Counted from the first letter of the whole stretch, positions 34,657 through 48,466 are shown. The stretch: 63,719 bases of DNA, filler included, from Asterionella formosa (GCA_002256025.1; 13 parts of 13 records of this genome joined end to end with filler, not necessarily neighbours in it); one strand, 5' to 3'. Notes: a model not told the origin generated them from the letters alone. A program made the numbers and translations.

Positions 34657-35323
34657 NNNNNNNNNNNNNNNNNNNNNNNNNNNNNNNNNNNNNNNNNNNN
34701 NNNNNNNNNNNNNNNNNNNNNNNNNNNNNNNNNNNNNNNNNNNNNNNNNNNNNNNNNNNNNNNNNNNNNNNNNNNNNNNNNNNNNNNNNNNNNNNNNNNN
34801 NNNNNNNNNNNNNNNNNNNNNNNNNNNNNNNNNNNNNNNNNNNNNNNNNNNNNNNNNNNNNNNNNNNNNNNNNNNNNNNNNNNNNNNNNNNNNNNNNNNN
34901 NNNNNNNNNNNNNNNNNNNNNNNNNNNNNNNNNNNNNNNNNNNNNNNNNNNNNNNNNNNNNNNNNNNNNNNNNNNNNNNNNNNNNNNNNNNNNNNNNNNN
35001 NNNNNNNNNNNNNNNNNNNNNNNNNNNNNNNNNNNNNNNNNNNNNNNNNNNNNNNNNNNNNNNNNNNNNNNNNNNNNNNNNNNNNNNNNNNNNNNNNNNN
35101 NNNNNNNNNNNNNNNNNNNNNNNNNNNNNNNNNNTGCAGCATTGATTACAATATCTATATATCTGTATCTGCGGTGGCTGTGTGTGTGGTGAGGATGATC
35201 TGTTCGTCACGTTTTTGCTCACCCTCATGCTGGTGCATTAGATACTCCGTCTAGCGTTTTTTAATAACAAACGTTGGGTTTTATATTTAAAAAAAATGAA
35301 AACATATCATAGGAACGAAACAA

Positions 35324-36253
35324 ATGAGGAACCAGGAACCATTGCTTGAACCAGCAGCTTCCGATCAAATGATAATGACAATCTTACAGAGTGAACAAGT
35401 GCAACGAATGAAAGCCATGATACTGTTGGCAGAAGAAGAGCAAGAAGACGAACCAATTCACAACGAATCAACAAGGGATCAAATTGACACTTTGGCAAAT
35501 GGACAATCCATACTTCGTTATGAATCCTTTTTACAACATCAACGATATTATGATGACTTGAAACATGTGGATTGTAATTTCATTGACTACAGTACTACTA
35601 ATGGCACTGCGGCGGTGGTAATCGAACAAGACAAATCACTTGGAAAAGGAGGATTGTGTTGGGATGCTGCTTTTATATTGGCAGAACACATACTATGCAA
35701 AGAACAGGAGGCGCTACAAGGAAAGCGCATGGTAGAATTGGGAGCTGGAACTGGCCTTTGTGGCTTACTGATTGCCACTGGCATGGAATGTCATGTGGAT
35801 CTAACTGACTTGTCAACGTTGTTGCCGATCATGACACGAAATTATAGGCTCAACTTTCATGATGATGACAACAAGAGACAAACGATGAGAAATCCCGGAC
35901 ACAACATTTCAAAAGCTAGATTACCGCTAGGAACAGCATCGACTACTACATTGACATGGGGCAGTCATGATGAGTATCCATCAGACCCATATGATATTAT
36001 ACTTGGTGCAGACGTCGTTGCTTCTCTGTACGATCCCATTTGCCTGGCAGAAACAATGTGGGATTTGTCTCATGCACAATCAGTGGTGTACATTAGTTAC
36101 AAAGGACGGTTGACAGAACCACATGAAAGATTTGAACATCGATTGAAGCAACTGTTTCATCATGTGGATAGGTTGAAGCCATATAGTCAGAATAAGAATC
36201 CACATGTATGGGTATTGAAAGCAAGTGGGAGATGTACAGTCAAGGGTGAATAG
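35324..36253 (+). CDS. Protein-lysine methyltransferase, METTL21/Methyltransf_16 family
   Basis: GKGGLCWDAAFILA, VELGAGTGLCG, DLTDL, LTWG and IILGADVV. Confidence 0.88.
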   Translation: MRNQEPLLEPAASDQMIMTILQSEQVQRMKAMILLAEEEQEDEPIHNESTRDQIDTLANGQSILRYESFLQHQRYYDDLKHVDCNFIDYSTTNGTAAVVIEQDKSLGKGGLCWDAAFILAEHILCKEQEALQGKRMVELGAGTGLCGLLIATGMECHVDLTDLSTLLPIMTRNYRLNFHDDDNKRQTMRNPGHNISKARLPLGTASTTTLTWGSHDEYPSDPYDIILGADVVASLYDPICLAETMWDLSHAQSVVYISYKGRLTEPHERFEHRLKQLFHHVDRLKPYSQNKNPHVWVLKASGRCTVKGE

Positions 36254-37942
36254 TAACAGCTGCTCTACTTGTTTAGTCAACTACGGAAATATGCAAGTGC
36301 AGCAGATGGTCAGCTCATAATGACAACATTATGGCATCGGTGGCCTTTAAATTCTAGTGAGGAATTCAAATTGGGCTTTATCGTAGATGCTCCATTACCA
36401 TCCAGAGGTGAAACCCCCTGCAACATAAAGGAAGTGCCCTTTGAATTCTATTTCACTACTAATATTACAGAGTAGATTCAACACCATACATAGCATATAC
36501 ACATTGAATCATGTGGGGCACAATGATTGTGTGCTACACAGCACATAGACCCTTGCCTTGGCTTGCCTTGCCTTGCCTATTCCTAGGAATGTTTTCATTA
36601 TGCGACTTGCCAACAGTGCTCGCGCTTCCCTAGTTTGTTAGTTTATGTTTATTTCTAGTTTTGAAGAATTCATTTTTCACAGCATTTTCCAACTTCTTGA
36701 ACTGAGCAATCTTACTTACTGAATTTTGAAACTAGCAATTTTAGAATTCTTTCAATTTTGCATTTTTGCAATTGTGACATGCCACCACACTCAATGTTGG
36801 TGGCCTGATCCCAACATGCCAGTACCTACCAATTCAAGAATTCAATGAAATAATCGATGGTCCTGTTTCCCATGCTGTTAGAGAAACAATATATAAACTT
36901 TCATTCACATGTTGATGAATTATTACAGGCACAAAATGAAGTAAAACTTGATTTTTTCTGCAGCTCCAATGTGCTAGAGCAACAATACATGACAGTACCT
37001 TCAAATTCTTACCGCGTGCTTTAGTCGCTCAACAAATGATGACACACAAAGGTTATTATGCATGGATGAACCAAAAAAATTGTGCTAGCTAATTTTTTCA
37101 GTCATTCGTTGTTTGGCAATAAGATTGGTGATGAAACTTACTGACAGAAAATCCAACTTCTTCTTGGCAAAAGGTTCATATACCATTAATATTTAAGCTC
37201 ATGCTAGTGGCATGGTGATTTTCCTTCATACTATCTAGAATATAAAATTCAATGAATAATGGAGTAACTAGATTGCCTTCTTTATCCTTGTATAATTGAG
37301 ATGCAAAAATGACCATTCTGAGATTCCTATGATATTGGTCTTTCGAGTTGGGGCTTCTCAGAAACGGTCTTTATTCTTCTTCTGTAGTAGGCAATGAATA
37401 CATGATACTTCCCTTTCTCCATTTTTGTGCTTCTTGATCCAGTTGGAAGCTACTCACCATGGATAAAGCAAGTTGTAGTAATTCTACTTTCAACCATTGT
37501 TCTTGCTGAAAAGGCTCTCTTCGTCGTTTCAGCCTACTAGACCAGCATGATCTCATGCAGAGTTTCCGTTTCTCGTCAAATTTTTGTTTTTTGCATCCTG
37601 TTGAGATTTTAACCATCCACGGCCGATACTCAAGCCTGAACGGAAAGTATCCGAAGAAGTTCGTTTATAGGCTATGTGAGACAATATCCGCATTCTGCAG
37701 TGGTCAAAAAATGGTTTCTTGTTGTTTTGAAATATGTGAAATCGCAGTCACACTGTGGCCGTCGTTCCACAATTGGATGTGATTCACACTGTAGAATTCA
37801 GCACAAGTCGTAGTAGTAGTTGCTGTTGTAGATACATTGTTTGTTCATGGTTGATTGTAGAGTTTACAATAGCCTGCCAGAATAGAAATAAAGCACCGTT
37901 GGTCCTCGTTGAGCATCGTTGAGCATGATTGCATGTCGCTGT

Positions 37943-38663
37943 AGTGAGTCGAAATTGAGATGTACTGCAATGGCCTTCTCCATTCGGAGCGGATACAAAT
38001 AGTCTACAGCAATAACTCTAACAAGTGCAATATAGAAAAAGAAGCAAAGGATGAGTAGCTGTCAACGATTGAATTCGTAAATTTGTTAAGAAACAGCTGT
38101 TGCATATTTTAATATTCAGTGCATCATGTTGCGGTAGTGAGTCAAATTGAGATGTGCCAATATAGAAAATAGAAAAAGAAGCAGAGGAGGAGCAGCTGTC
38201 AACAATTGAATTCGTAAATATGTTTAGAAACAGCTGTTGCATATTATAACATTCAATGTATGTCGCCATACTAGTGAGTCAAAATCGAGATGTGCCGCAA
38301 TGGCCTTCTCCTCTTCAGAGCAGCTACAAATAGTCAATAGCGATAACCTTAGCGAGCACAATATAGAAAAAGAAGGAAAGGATGAGTAGCTGAGAACAAT
38401 TGAATTCGTATATTCGTTAAGAAAAGCTGTTGTATATTTTAATATTCAGTGCATCATGTTGCCGTAGTGGTTCGAAATTGAGATTTGCCGCAATGGCCTT
38501 CTCCTTTTCGGAGCGGCTACAAAAAGTCTACAGCAATAACTCTAACAAGTACAATATAGAAAAAGAAGCAGAGGAGGAGCAGCTGTCAACGATTGAATTC
38601 GTAAATATGTTTAGAAACAGCTGTTGCATATTATAACATTCAATGCATGTCGCCGTACTAGTG
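37943..38663. repeat. Tandem repeat, four units (193, 137, 193, 194 bp) with A-B-A-B higher-order structure
   Basis: Units start AGTG(A/G).TC.AAAT.GAGAT at 37943, 38136, 38273 and 38466. Units 1/3 and 2/4 share diagnostic 3' halves; unit 2 has an internal deletion. Confidence 0.9.
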
Positions 38664-39364
38664 GTCCATTACACTTTTTGCATAAAAGTGTCCGAAAATG
38701 CATAATGAGTTAGTAGGGGGATCTCGAGATAACTTTTTTTGACAAAGTTTGTAGCAAATCAATATTAATTTCTATCAATAATAGAAACTTTTTCTAACTA
38801 AATTTTCAATGACTCTTTTTACTTTGTATATTGAAATTCGAAAAAAATAAAAATATATTTGTACTACTGTACATTTTGTCAAGAAATCGGATGCATAATG
38901 TATCAGATGTACTTACATTTTCGACATGGAACACATCATACATGCAGCAAACCTTGTATATACTTTGTACATTCCGTATATAGCATTAAATAAAACTGGT
39001 ATATATGCTAGGCATACATACTACTCAGAGGATTCCTCAGAGGCTGTTTCTTCTTTGGAATTTCTCAAGTCTGTTGAAAAATCGAATATGAAGTTGCCTG
39101 GGGTCAACAACAAGGATCATAAACAGGTTGAGAAGGGTCGTCTACTTCTTACCCTCGTCCAGCAAGATAGTGCAAAGGTTCTGAGGCATATTTACAGGAG
39201 TGAGTAATAGCAAAGACACCGGGGCTTTGATTTCTCAAGGATGATGGTAATCTTGGATCAGTGAAATTGATCGAAGATGATGGACCCAATCCCAATTCAA
39301 TAAAACTGTAGATCTGGCCAAGCACAATTGACTCAACTTCTGTTTCTCCATCTAACCAAGCAAA

Positions 39365-40093
39365 CTATGCCCAATTATACCAGGAATGACCTCCACGGTA
39401 GCTTGGATGGGCATGAAATATTACGTTGTCACTACGAGTGTGGTCGCACATCACTTCAATTTCCATTGACAAAATGAAAGGAAGGAGTTGGGCGCCTAGA
39501 ACTCGCACCAGATCTCGGTCAACCCCAGTTTTGCAGATGCTATTTGATGATGATGAAACCCTGGCAATCTCAAATTCACCATTTCCATCTTCTTCAATCA
39601 GAAGAGAATATCGAGTACCTCCTTTGGATTTCACAATTCCAATGTCAACTGGGACAGCTTCCAACTTGTATTGTAAATCTCTAATATCTTCGCCAAGAAA
39701 CTGACTACAAGCGGTTCCGATCACCATTTTCTCCACCATTCTCGCCCCACTTTGAATATTCATCACATCTTTGCATTTCTGGGAAGTCCTGGCTGGTAAT
39801 TTACACAAGAATTTAAGATTCTTTTCCATTGGGCCTCCATTAAAAACCTGTGGACTTCCGAAGTAATGAATGTTTCTTACAGTATGCATCTGTTGATGAA
39901 ACTTCGCAAGCTTCCATCCCTGAGAGGTTGTTGTTCTCGGGCATTCTTTTACCAGCTTTGTAAAATAGTTTGCAACGCTTTGGTGTTCCTGTGGTAAATT
40001 TCCCACATCATTGCTCTCTTTACTAAACCAGGCCTTGTAGCAGAGCATCCCTTCGAATAGACGTTGAAAGTTTCGAATTTCTTGATTGGTCAT
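39365..40093 (-). mobile_element. Plavaka/EnSpm (CACTA-related) transposase remnant, C-terminal part
   Basis: GWKLAKFHQQMH..IHYFGSPQVFNGGPMEKNLK..K.PARTSQ and IFHAHPSYRGGHSWYNWA are typical Plavaka-type C-terminal motifs. No intact N-terminal half upstream. Confidence 0.75.
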
Positions 40094-41724
40094 ACCACTT
40101 CCTTCTATAAATTGTTTTGTTATTCCTCGTCAGTAGTACAGAAAGGAAGCATCTGAAATTTCGAGAAATATTTGGTAAGCAGTTAATATTTTGGAAAATG
40201 GAGACAGGTCGTGTGTTACATTGTTCTTCTTCCTCTTGTTGCTCTGCACCATTGTGTTCTTTGACTGTGTTCGGAACTATGTTTGATTGTTGTTGTAGTT
40301 CCTCTACCTCCTTTTCGTTTTTCCTCTTGCTTGTTCCGTTTGTATTTGAAACAGTGGTCAGTCATGAACTTACTCTGTGAACCTTGTTCTTTTCCTACAG
40401 ACAATCAAACTGTTTTTGGCAGGGCAGGGTTGAACATTGGGAAGAATGAAATTTGTCGTCTCTGTGTCAGGCAGGCTTTCAATCATTTGTTTTTCGCATT
40501 GTCGAAACGATTCCTCTGGTGCAAAGGGGACAATTATATACGTGGTAAGCAAGTGCAATGTTTTCTTGCCTTCTGCTGATATTGTTTGCTGTTGCTTGTT
40601 GTTGTGGGCGGATCTCCTCTCCTAGTATTCTCCTTCATCTTTGTTCGGAATTGTTAGTGCATGAATTGCTATTTGTAATGAATTAGAAAAAGGGCTTGAT
40701 TGTTTGCTTGTTACTTGCTTGTTGATCACGAACTTACTCTGCAAACGCTGTTCTTTGTCTTCAGACAATCAATCTGTTGAGCGAGAGATTTGTTGGGAAA
40801 CAGGCTGCGGCATGGTAGCTAAGCACAACGAAAATGATGCCTTTGTAACGATTGTTTGTTCATGAACTCACTCTGCGATTGTTGTTCACTGATCTCAGAC
40901 AATTAATTTGATGAGGGCTGGATTGGCCATTGGGGAACATGGTAAGGAGCACAGCAGAACCTAAGTCATGGCTTCGCAACTTTTGTTTTTCTCATCAACT
41001 CACTCTGCAAATGTTTCCCTCTTTCTACAAAAGACAATCAATCCGAGCAATGAGACTGAGCAGTTGGCTCGTCATTTGCTATGAATTGATCTACCGGTAG
41101 TAGTAACAGGAATTCCTGCGAGTACTATGAGTAGCCAAGCAATCTTGCGATTTGTTACAGCATCCAGATGCAAGAATTAACATCCATTGCTTGTTGTATT
41201 GGTTTGAAATATGCGTTCAATTGCAAGTATCAATATAAACTATATAGCGAAGCAATTAATTTGATTGATTTTGCGATTGTAGAATGAAATTGAAAAAATG
41301 AATTGGTTACACATAATTATTTGTTTTACTAGCATATATATTTGTTTAATCTTGAGGTATTAATGCGATCAAAGTAAAGATAAAATGGGAGCAAAAAAAC
41401 AGAATTAATGGTAGTTAGAGTCAAGAATATTTGTGAACGGAAATGTTGCGAATTGTCGAGAAAAGTACCGTATTATAGAGATTATTACTGAAAAAATTTT
41501 TCTTCATGTGGCCAGAAAATATTGTCAGTTGGCCCCAAAAATTATGTGGGTTTCTAAAATAATTATGGAAGTTGTCGAAACTGTTTTCGTTAACTCCGTT
41601 CATATATATTGTGTGATGCATCATATTTTTATGTTATGTCATACCCATAAATTATGTACGTAACTAAATTTGTCATATTGTGCCACCCAAATAATTAATT
41701 TGGGTGCTGATCATATTTGACTAG

Positions 41725-44700
41725 CATTTTTTTCTGGCAGCTGTACCAGTAATCGGCGTTGTAGATGTAGATTTTCATGAACCTTTCCTTGTGTCTTAGC
41801 GAATGGTGCCTCTTTACCAAATACATCTTCGAGCTTCTGTATGATGTCATTTACCACCTCTGGGCTGACATGGTATATCTTTAAATCATCCCCATGCCAT
41901 AGTATTGTGCATTGCTTCCCATCCACCATTTTGTGTCACATGGATTTGTGTTGAAACCCCATTGAAGAAGTTGNNNNNNNNNNNNNNNNNNNNNNNNNNN
42001 NNNNNNNNNNNNNNNNNNNNNNNNNNNNNNNNNNNNNNNNNNNNNNNNNNNNNNNNNNNNNNNNNNNNNNNNNNNNNNNNNNNNNNNNNNNNNNNNNNNN
42101 NNNNNNNNNNNNNNNNNNNNNNNNNNNNNNNNNNNNNNNNNNNNNNNNNNNNNNNNNNNNNNNNNNNNNNNNNNNNNNNNNNNNNNNNNNNNNNNNNNNN
42201 NNNNNNNNNNNNNNNNNNNNNNNNNNNNNNNNNNNNNNNNNNNNNNNNNNNNNNNNNNNNNNNNNNNNNNNNNNNNNNNNNNNNNNNNNNNNNNNNNNNN
42301 NNNNNNNNNNNNNNNNNNNNNNNNNNNNNNNNNNNNNNNNNNNNNNNNNNNNNNNNNNNNNNNNNNNNNNNNNNNNNNNNNNNNNNNNNNNNNNNNNNNN
42401 NNNNNNNNNNNNNNNNNNNNNNNNNNNNNNNNNNNNNNNNNNNNNNNNNNNNNNNNNNNNNNNNNNNNNNNNNNNNNNNNNNNNNNNNNNNNNNNNNNNN
42501 NNNNNNNNGCGGTCCTTGCGCTGTTCTGGGTATAATTGGGCAGCCGTTCTAGGTTCGAGCACATCACAATCATGAAGTTGTTGTAATTCTTTCATTATTG
42601 CGTCGACTCCCCCGGCATCTCCAAAAAGCTTAAGGCCTTTTGTAATACTGTGCTTTTTCATGGCAATGCTCTCAAGATGAGTGCAATACAGATGCCCATA
42701 GTCTTGAGGTTTCCAAGCCCGCAGATTGTATTGACTGCTTCGCCTGCCATATCTCTTGTCCATTTGAGTTTGAATGTTGTTGTCATCAGTTGCATTGTCC
42801 TCATTTTCTGTTTGGACTTCTACATCAACCATATCAGCAAGATCATCTTCCTCGTCTTCGATTTGATCTTCATTTTGGTTGATTACAATGTTTTCATCTC
42901 CATTCTCGGTTTGACTCTCAGTTTGACTTTCATTTTCATTTTGGTTGATTATATCATTGCCATCAACTATATTATTTTTGTTCACTCCTGCAACCTCGTC
43001 AGACTCAGCATGAATAGGATTTTTTACAGCATGGTTTTCATCACCATTACTATAATCGTCATCATCATCACTGGGATGATACGATTCATTGTCATCATCT
43101 TCATCAGCCTTGAACCTGTCAAGGTTGCTTTGCAAAAGTGAGAGTTTGGCTGGCAAAGCCATGTCGTGCAAGGGCATGCACTCTGTCCAAAACTTCCAAG
43201 GGCATGGGGAGGGCTGTCCAATGGTTTCGATTTAGGATCTTTCCAGTACCAAGACTACTAAAGAAAAGGTGCCCACCTTGATGATTGCCTTTTGCCTCAA
43301 GAGCAAGAGCACCGGTGGAGAAAGCACTCATGGGTCTCATGTGTCTGCACATGAGACCCATGAGTGTAACCCTAACCCAAAAGAGCACCGGCGGAGCAAG
43401 CAGGCAGTCATGCTCTTATCATGGGTCGTCTCATGTGTCTGCACATGATATGTGCCAAACTCAATGCAACATTGTTGTGCATAATCAATGGTGGATCCAA
43501 CAACTATGGTGCGCAGGCTCAGTGTATCAGATATTCCCCCAACGACAGGGAAGCTGTTGAGCCAAAATCAACTCAATTATGATACATGCTGGGATGCGTT
43601 GAAACGGCAGCATTGTGTAGACACTTCATGAAACGGCAGCATTGTGTAGACACTTTGGACCTTCTCTTTTTGAGCTCGGATGTGACATTCAATCTCTGGT
43701 ACATGTTCATCATTGGAAGCAGTATGGAGCGTGATTCCTAATACAGTAATTTTGCCATGCAGCCCACCATCAAATTGACCATCCATGAGTAGTGTTGTGA
43801 TTCTGAATCCCCGTTTCGAATACTACAGTTGGCTGGTGGTATAAATGTTTTATTGCAGCTACTAGTATGTTACCAGGTTGTTGGTTTTGAAGCAACTTTT
43901 TGGCTGTACTGAACTTGATATTCCTTGATATTGTGACCAGAAATGGGATTTCATTAACAAACTTGAAGATACCGATTCATTATAGAGCTGGGGAAATATG
44001 CATGTTGTGTGGGTACTGGTACTGGCACTGCTTTCTGTCGAACAGTCTTTCCTTTCAAGGATTCAATATCTGGCTGGTCCGAAGATATGCTCTGCAGCCA
44101 GGATATCATCCTTGGTGATGAGACAGTTGGGCAACAAATTCTTTTCAATAATCTTGATATATGCTTGGGTGCTTGGTTGTCCAATTATTTTCTGTATCTT
44201 ACAAGCTAGTACGGCTTTAGAGTAGTCTCGCTAAGAATATTTAACACAGTTATTGTCTACCATATTCAACAATGTCACATCAATGTTATCATTGTTTCCA
44301 TGCGTTTTTGTATCCATGTAGTAGAGGTCTTTGTCTGATTCCTTAAAAAGACAAGCACAGTGCCATCTGATTTGTACACATGAAAAGCATTTCCTTCTGA
44401 GCTACGATGTGACTCGGTACCCATGTCCCTTCAAACGGGCCAAGGATAGAATATTTGTGATTCCATTGGCATTGTACCATCATCATACCATTCCATATCC
44501 AGGTAGATCATCAATGAGTGTGATAGTGGCAATCCCTGCATTACAGTGGATGTCAATTTCTTATGATCTTTTCGAATATTGCTAAGAAGTTCTTTGTTGT
44601 AAAACACATCTACGGTGGTCTGGTTATCAAGAAGTATCCAACTTTTTGGTAACCGTCCATCACTGCCAATTTGCATCGTAACTTCATCATTCAAGTTCTC

Positions 44701-46100
44701 AATTGCTTGGTTAAAAAACTGGAAGGGCAAGTTGCTGTTGAATTTATCATTAGATACTCCATTCATAAGCAAAGTTGTGGCTGTCTGATTCTCAATCAAT
44801 GGTTCTGCGCTAGGCGTTATTGGTGTTGCTGGTGGTAGCTTCTCTTCATTACATTCATTGGCGTGGTGGCCCTTTTTCCGGCATTCATTGGAGGTCACAT
44901 TAGCTTTTCCTTTCTGTTTTCCCCTTTCTCCATTATTGAGCAGCAGTGAATCGCCTCCATCAGTAGTGTTGAATGACACGTCATGGCTAATAGGGCCCGC
45001 CTTGTGGAGACCAAGAAGTCGGGGATCCTGTTTTCAATTGATAAGTAGATGATAGGCGGCTGACAAAGTGGTTGGGTAATTGTTGCGCCCCTGTAGGTAA
45101 GNNNNNNNNNNNNNNNNNNNNNNNNNNNNNNNNNNNNNNNNNNNNNNNNNNNNNNNNNNNNNNNNNNNNNNNNNNNNNNNNNNNNNNNNNNNNNNNNNNN
45201 NNNNNNNNNNNNNNNNNNNNNNNNNNNNNNNNNNNNNNNNNNNNNNNNNNNNNNNNNNNNNNNNNNNNNNNNNNNNNNNNNNNNNNNNNNNNNNNNNNNN
45301 NNNNNNNNNNNNNNNNNNNNNNNNNNNNNNNNNNNNNNNNNNNNNNNNNNNNNNNNNNNNNNNNNNNNNNNNNNNNNNNNNNNNNNNNNNNNNNNNNNNN
45401 NNNNNNNNNNNNNNNNNNNNNNNNNNNNNNNNNNNNNNNNNNNNNNNNNNNNNNNNNNNNNNNNNNNNNNNNNNNNNNNNNNNNNNNNNNNNNNNNNNNN
45501 NNNCCTTTGCTTGGATTTGTGTAAAGAGTGTGGCAGATATTTCTGACTCTGGAAGTTGTATGTGATATCTGTAATTGCTCTGATTAACATTAGTCCATCA
45601 CTAGCGGTCGACATTTGTCCAAATGTATCCATTGCCTCTACTCTTTGTTGCGTGATATCCTATTTTCGGTCCATGTTGCCTCCTCAAGCGGGTCTCTTGG
45701 CATGTCAATGGCCACCATTTCAAGATTCTCAACCACCAGGCAAATGTCGCCGCCATACTTGGCTGTATGTTTGTCCAACATAGCTCGCAATCTCTTTGGT
45801 AGTCTTTGCAAACAAATCTGATTGTCTTGCATTAGAACAATCATATATGTTCCCTTTAAGGTCGTCGTATTTGCCCTCAAAGTTTGTAGGGATGTGTCGA
45901 TTTGTGGAATTTGAGAACTGATATGATCCTTTCTTCTTAGGTCTCCATTCTTTCTTCTTTAGGTCTCCATTCTCCTTCTTCTTGTCCTTTGTTATGCCTT
46001 CCCTGGCCTCAACCTTGACTCCTTCATCTTCATGATTCTAAATCTCTGCCTTTCTATTTTAATTCTGTTGAAACCACTGTTTCTACTGCTACAGCAACTC
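41725..46100 (-). mobile_element. Decayed Ty1/Copia LTR retrotransposon (CoDi-like): gag, zinc knuckle, protease, integrase and RT fragments
   Basis: Fragments YGGDI (gag), ECRKKGHHANEC (knuckle), WILLDNQTTVDVF (protease), MDGQF..NDEHVPEIE (integrase) and GFNTNPCD..ILWHGDDLKI (RT). INT precedes RT; many frameshifts and stops; RT truncated near 41725. Confidence 0.88.
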
Positions 46101-47050
46101 TGTGCTGATCAAGCAACAAATCCAGTGTGCAATAGAGACAGGGTGATCGAATTGTTTGTAAACCGGAGAATTAAAATAGAATGAGCCAATTTTCATGCTC
46201 ATTAATCTATACCGGTAGTCATGAAATTTTTGACATCATTTGTTTTTGCTCTTGGGTACACTTTTCTTTTTCTTCCTTTTTGCTTCAACTGTGACAAATT
46301 TGTCATTGTGTCCTAATAATTTTGTCCTACCATCTTCTATTTTTGTTTCATCATCTGACAATTTTGTCTTGCCATCTGTTAGTTCCAACACCAAGTGTCA
46401 ATTTGCAACATCCACAATGTCGAGTTCTTTAATACTAGCGTACAATAAAGCTTACCTAATTATTTAAATTGCTATTGACAATGGCTGGAAGCTACTGACT
46501 GTGTCTATTACATAGAAGTTGCTGGTTACTGATCTGGTATACTAGCAACCATCTTCCAGCGGGGACTGAATACAACTACTGGTATATAGGTGTTGGTAAG
46601 AAGCACAATCTGGATAGACAGGTCCAGACTTGGAATCAGTGAATGACACTGTAGCAGCATAGTATATTACTTTAAGAAAAATTTGGAATTGAAAGCCAGC
46701 CTATTTCGCCCAGCCAGTAGTGGGGAGGGAAATAAATATACAGTATTAGAGCATTAAGAAAATATACGGTATAGAGTATATAGCATGTACGTGAGTAGAA
46801 TATATCATATGGTAAATCGTTCTTGTTGAGGGGAACCTTATCGTGAATAAAGGTGAACTACAATATTATGACTATTCTATTGCTGTTTTGAGTACATCGT
46901 TGTTAGCACTCATGTATGTACCTAATCTGGTGGCTGCGCCGGTATGGNNNNNNNNNNNNNNNNNNNNNNNNNNNNNNNNNNNNNNNNNNNNTTAATTAAT
47001 TAANNNNNNNNNNNNNNNNNNNNNNNNNNNNNNNNNNNNNNNNNNNNTAA

Positions 47051-48466
47051 GGGAAATCTCACCCTCTTCCTGGACCCTTTTTAAGTAAAATCAGTCAGGG
47101 CAATACACTGAATTCTACGGTAATTACATCAGAAGTGCTCCATATGATATATTTGGGAAATACACGAATGCATAGACCGGCATTGATATAGTACATTTAT
47201 TTAGAATTCTTTAACTAAACACTGAGCATCCTAGTGGTGCAGAAACTATCATGGAGACGCAACTGGTCAAATAAAATCTTCAAGCCTTCGAAGTTAGCAG
47301 CACTTTTTGGAGCGGCACGGATGCGCACACTTTTTTACCTACACCTGCCAATGAATCAAAAATTCTTTCTGCAGAGGAATCGCTGCCACCACTGCCAGAA
47401 CCTCAACCATCGCATCATCTAAGATCCACTTCCAGCTCTGCTGATTACCGATTATGCTCGATTTGTCACATTCATATTGTTGGGCTTACCACAGTAGTAT
47501 GCGTCCGCAACAATTTTTTTCTTCTGCGGCCTGATGCAAAGATAGTTCCTGTTTGTTATGCAGACAATAGTTCTGCAAAAATTATTTGGTTCCCTAACCT
47601 CAATTTTTATCATGATCCAACTTTATAACCTTAACAAAAAATTAGAATTAGTCACAAAAGTGTAAACACTCCAGGACTTACTATTGAAGCCTTGACGAAA
47701 TCCAGGCATGCCAGTGCAACAAAAATGGAAAATCAATTTATCATAGAAAACATATCAATCTAAACCAGTACCTCTTTTAATGTTATTAATGCTTTAGTAA
47801 ATGGAGGAAGCGGCGGTGAAATTAATTTGCTCATAATGGTTGTTGGACTTCTAAGTAAAATCAATTGTGGCTGCGTATAGGAGGGTACACAACACCGGGT
47901 TCATGGAAGTTTATTTTTAAACATACATAGCTAGCGATACATGGTATGTAGATCATTCATGGCTATTGAATAAATTCTGTTTCATAATTAAATAGTGATC
48001 ATCTATATAAATTAATCGAAACCAATTTAAAATACTTATATACTTTGCTTATGTGTACATATCACCAATTACTGGTTCACATCGGCTGGCCGGTCTAATA
48101 CTTTTGCCGGAGAATGAATAAATATGTCGCTATCATAATCATTAACGCAACAGCATATACAAATACGGCTTTTATATGTACCATTCCGCCAGTTATTTAA
48201 CAGTTCCGAGCAACAAAAGCGAGCATACTGCTGTTCCCTTCCTTCCCATTATCGCCACTTTCGTAGTTGTGCAATCCATAATCAAAAGCAAGTTGCTTTT
48301 GTTCTACTGTTATATCCCTCCTCGTATTTATGTTGAAAATAGATTGTTAGGGTTAGGGAAAATCTGTACACACTCGAGGAATTACTGGCAAAGCCATGAT
48401 GAAATTTGTGTTTGCCGGAGCACCAAAAAGGAAATTCTATTAGTCATAGAAACCATTGCTTTTCCC
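47051..48466. mobile_element. Possible non-autonomous element spanning the whole contig
   Basis: The contig begins TAA-GGGAAA and ends TTTCCC-TAA-ACA, with no intact ORF. Only 6 bp of terminal inverted repeat. Confidence 0.3.

Noticed and set aside
41684..41724. Hairpin CACCCAAAT-aatta-ATTTGGGTG followed by CTAG as a Helitron 3' end
   Set aside because: AT-rich stem, CTAG not followed by T, and no Rep/helicase or 5' TC end found.
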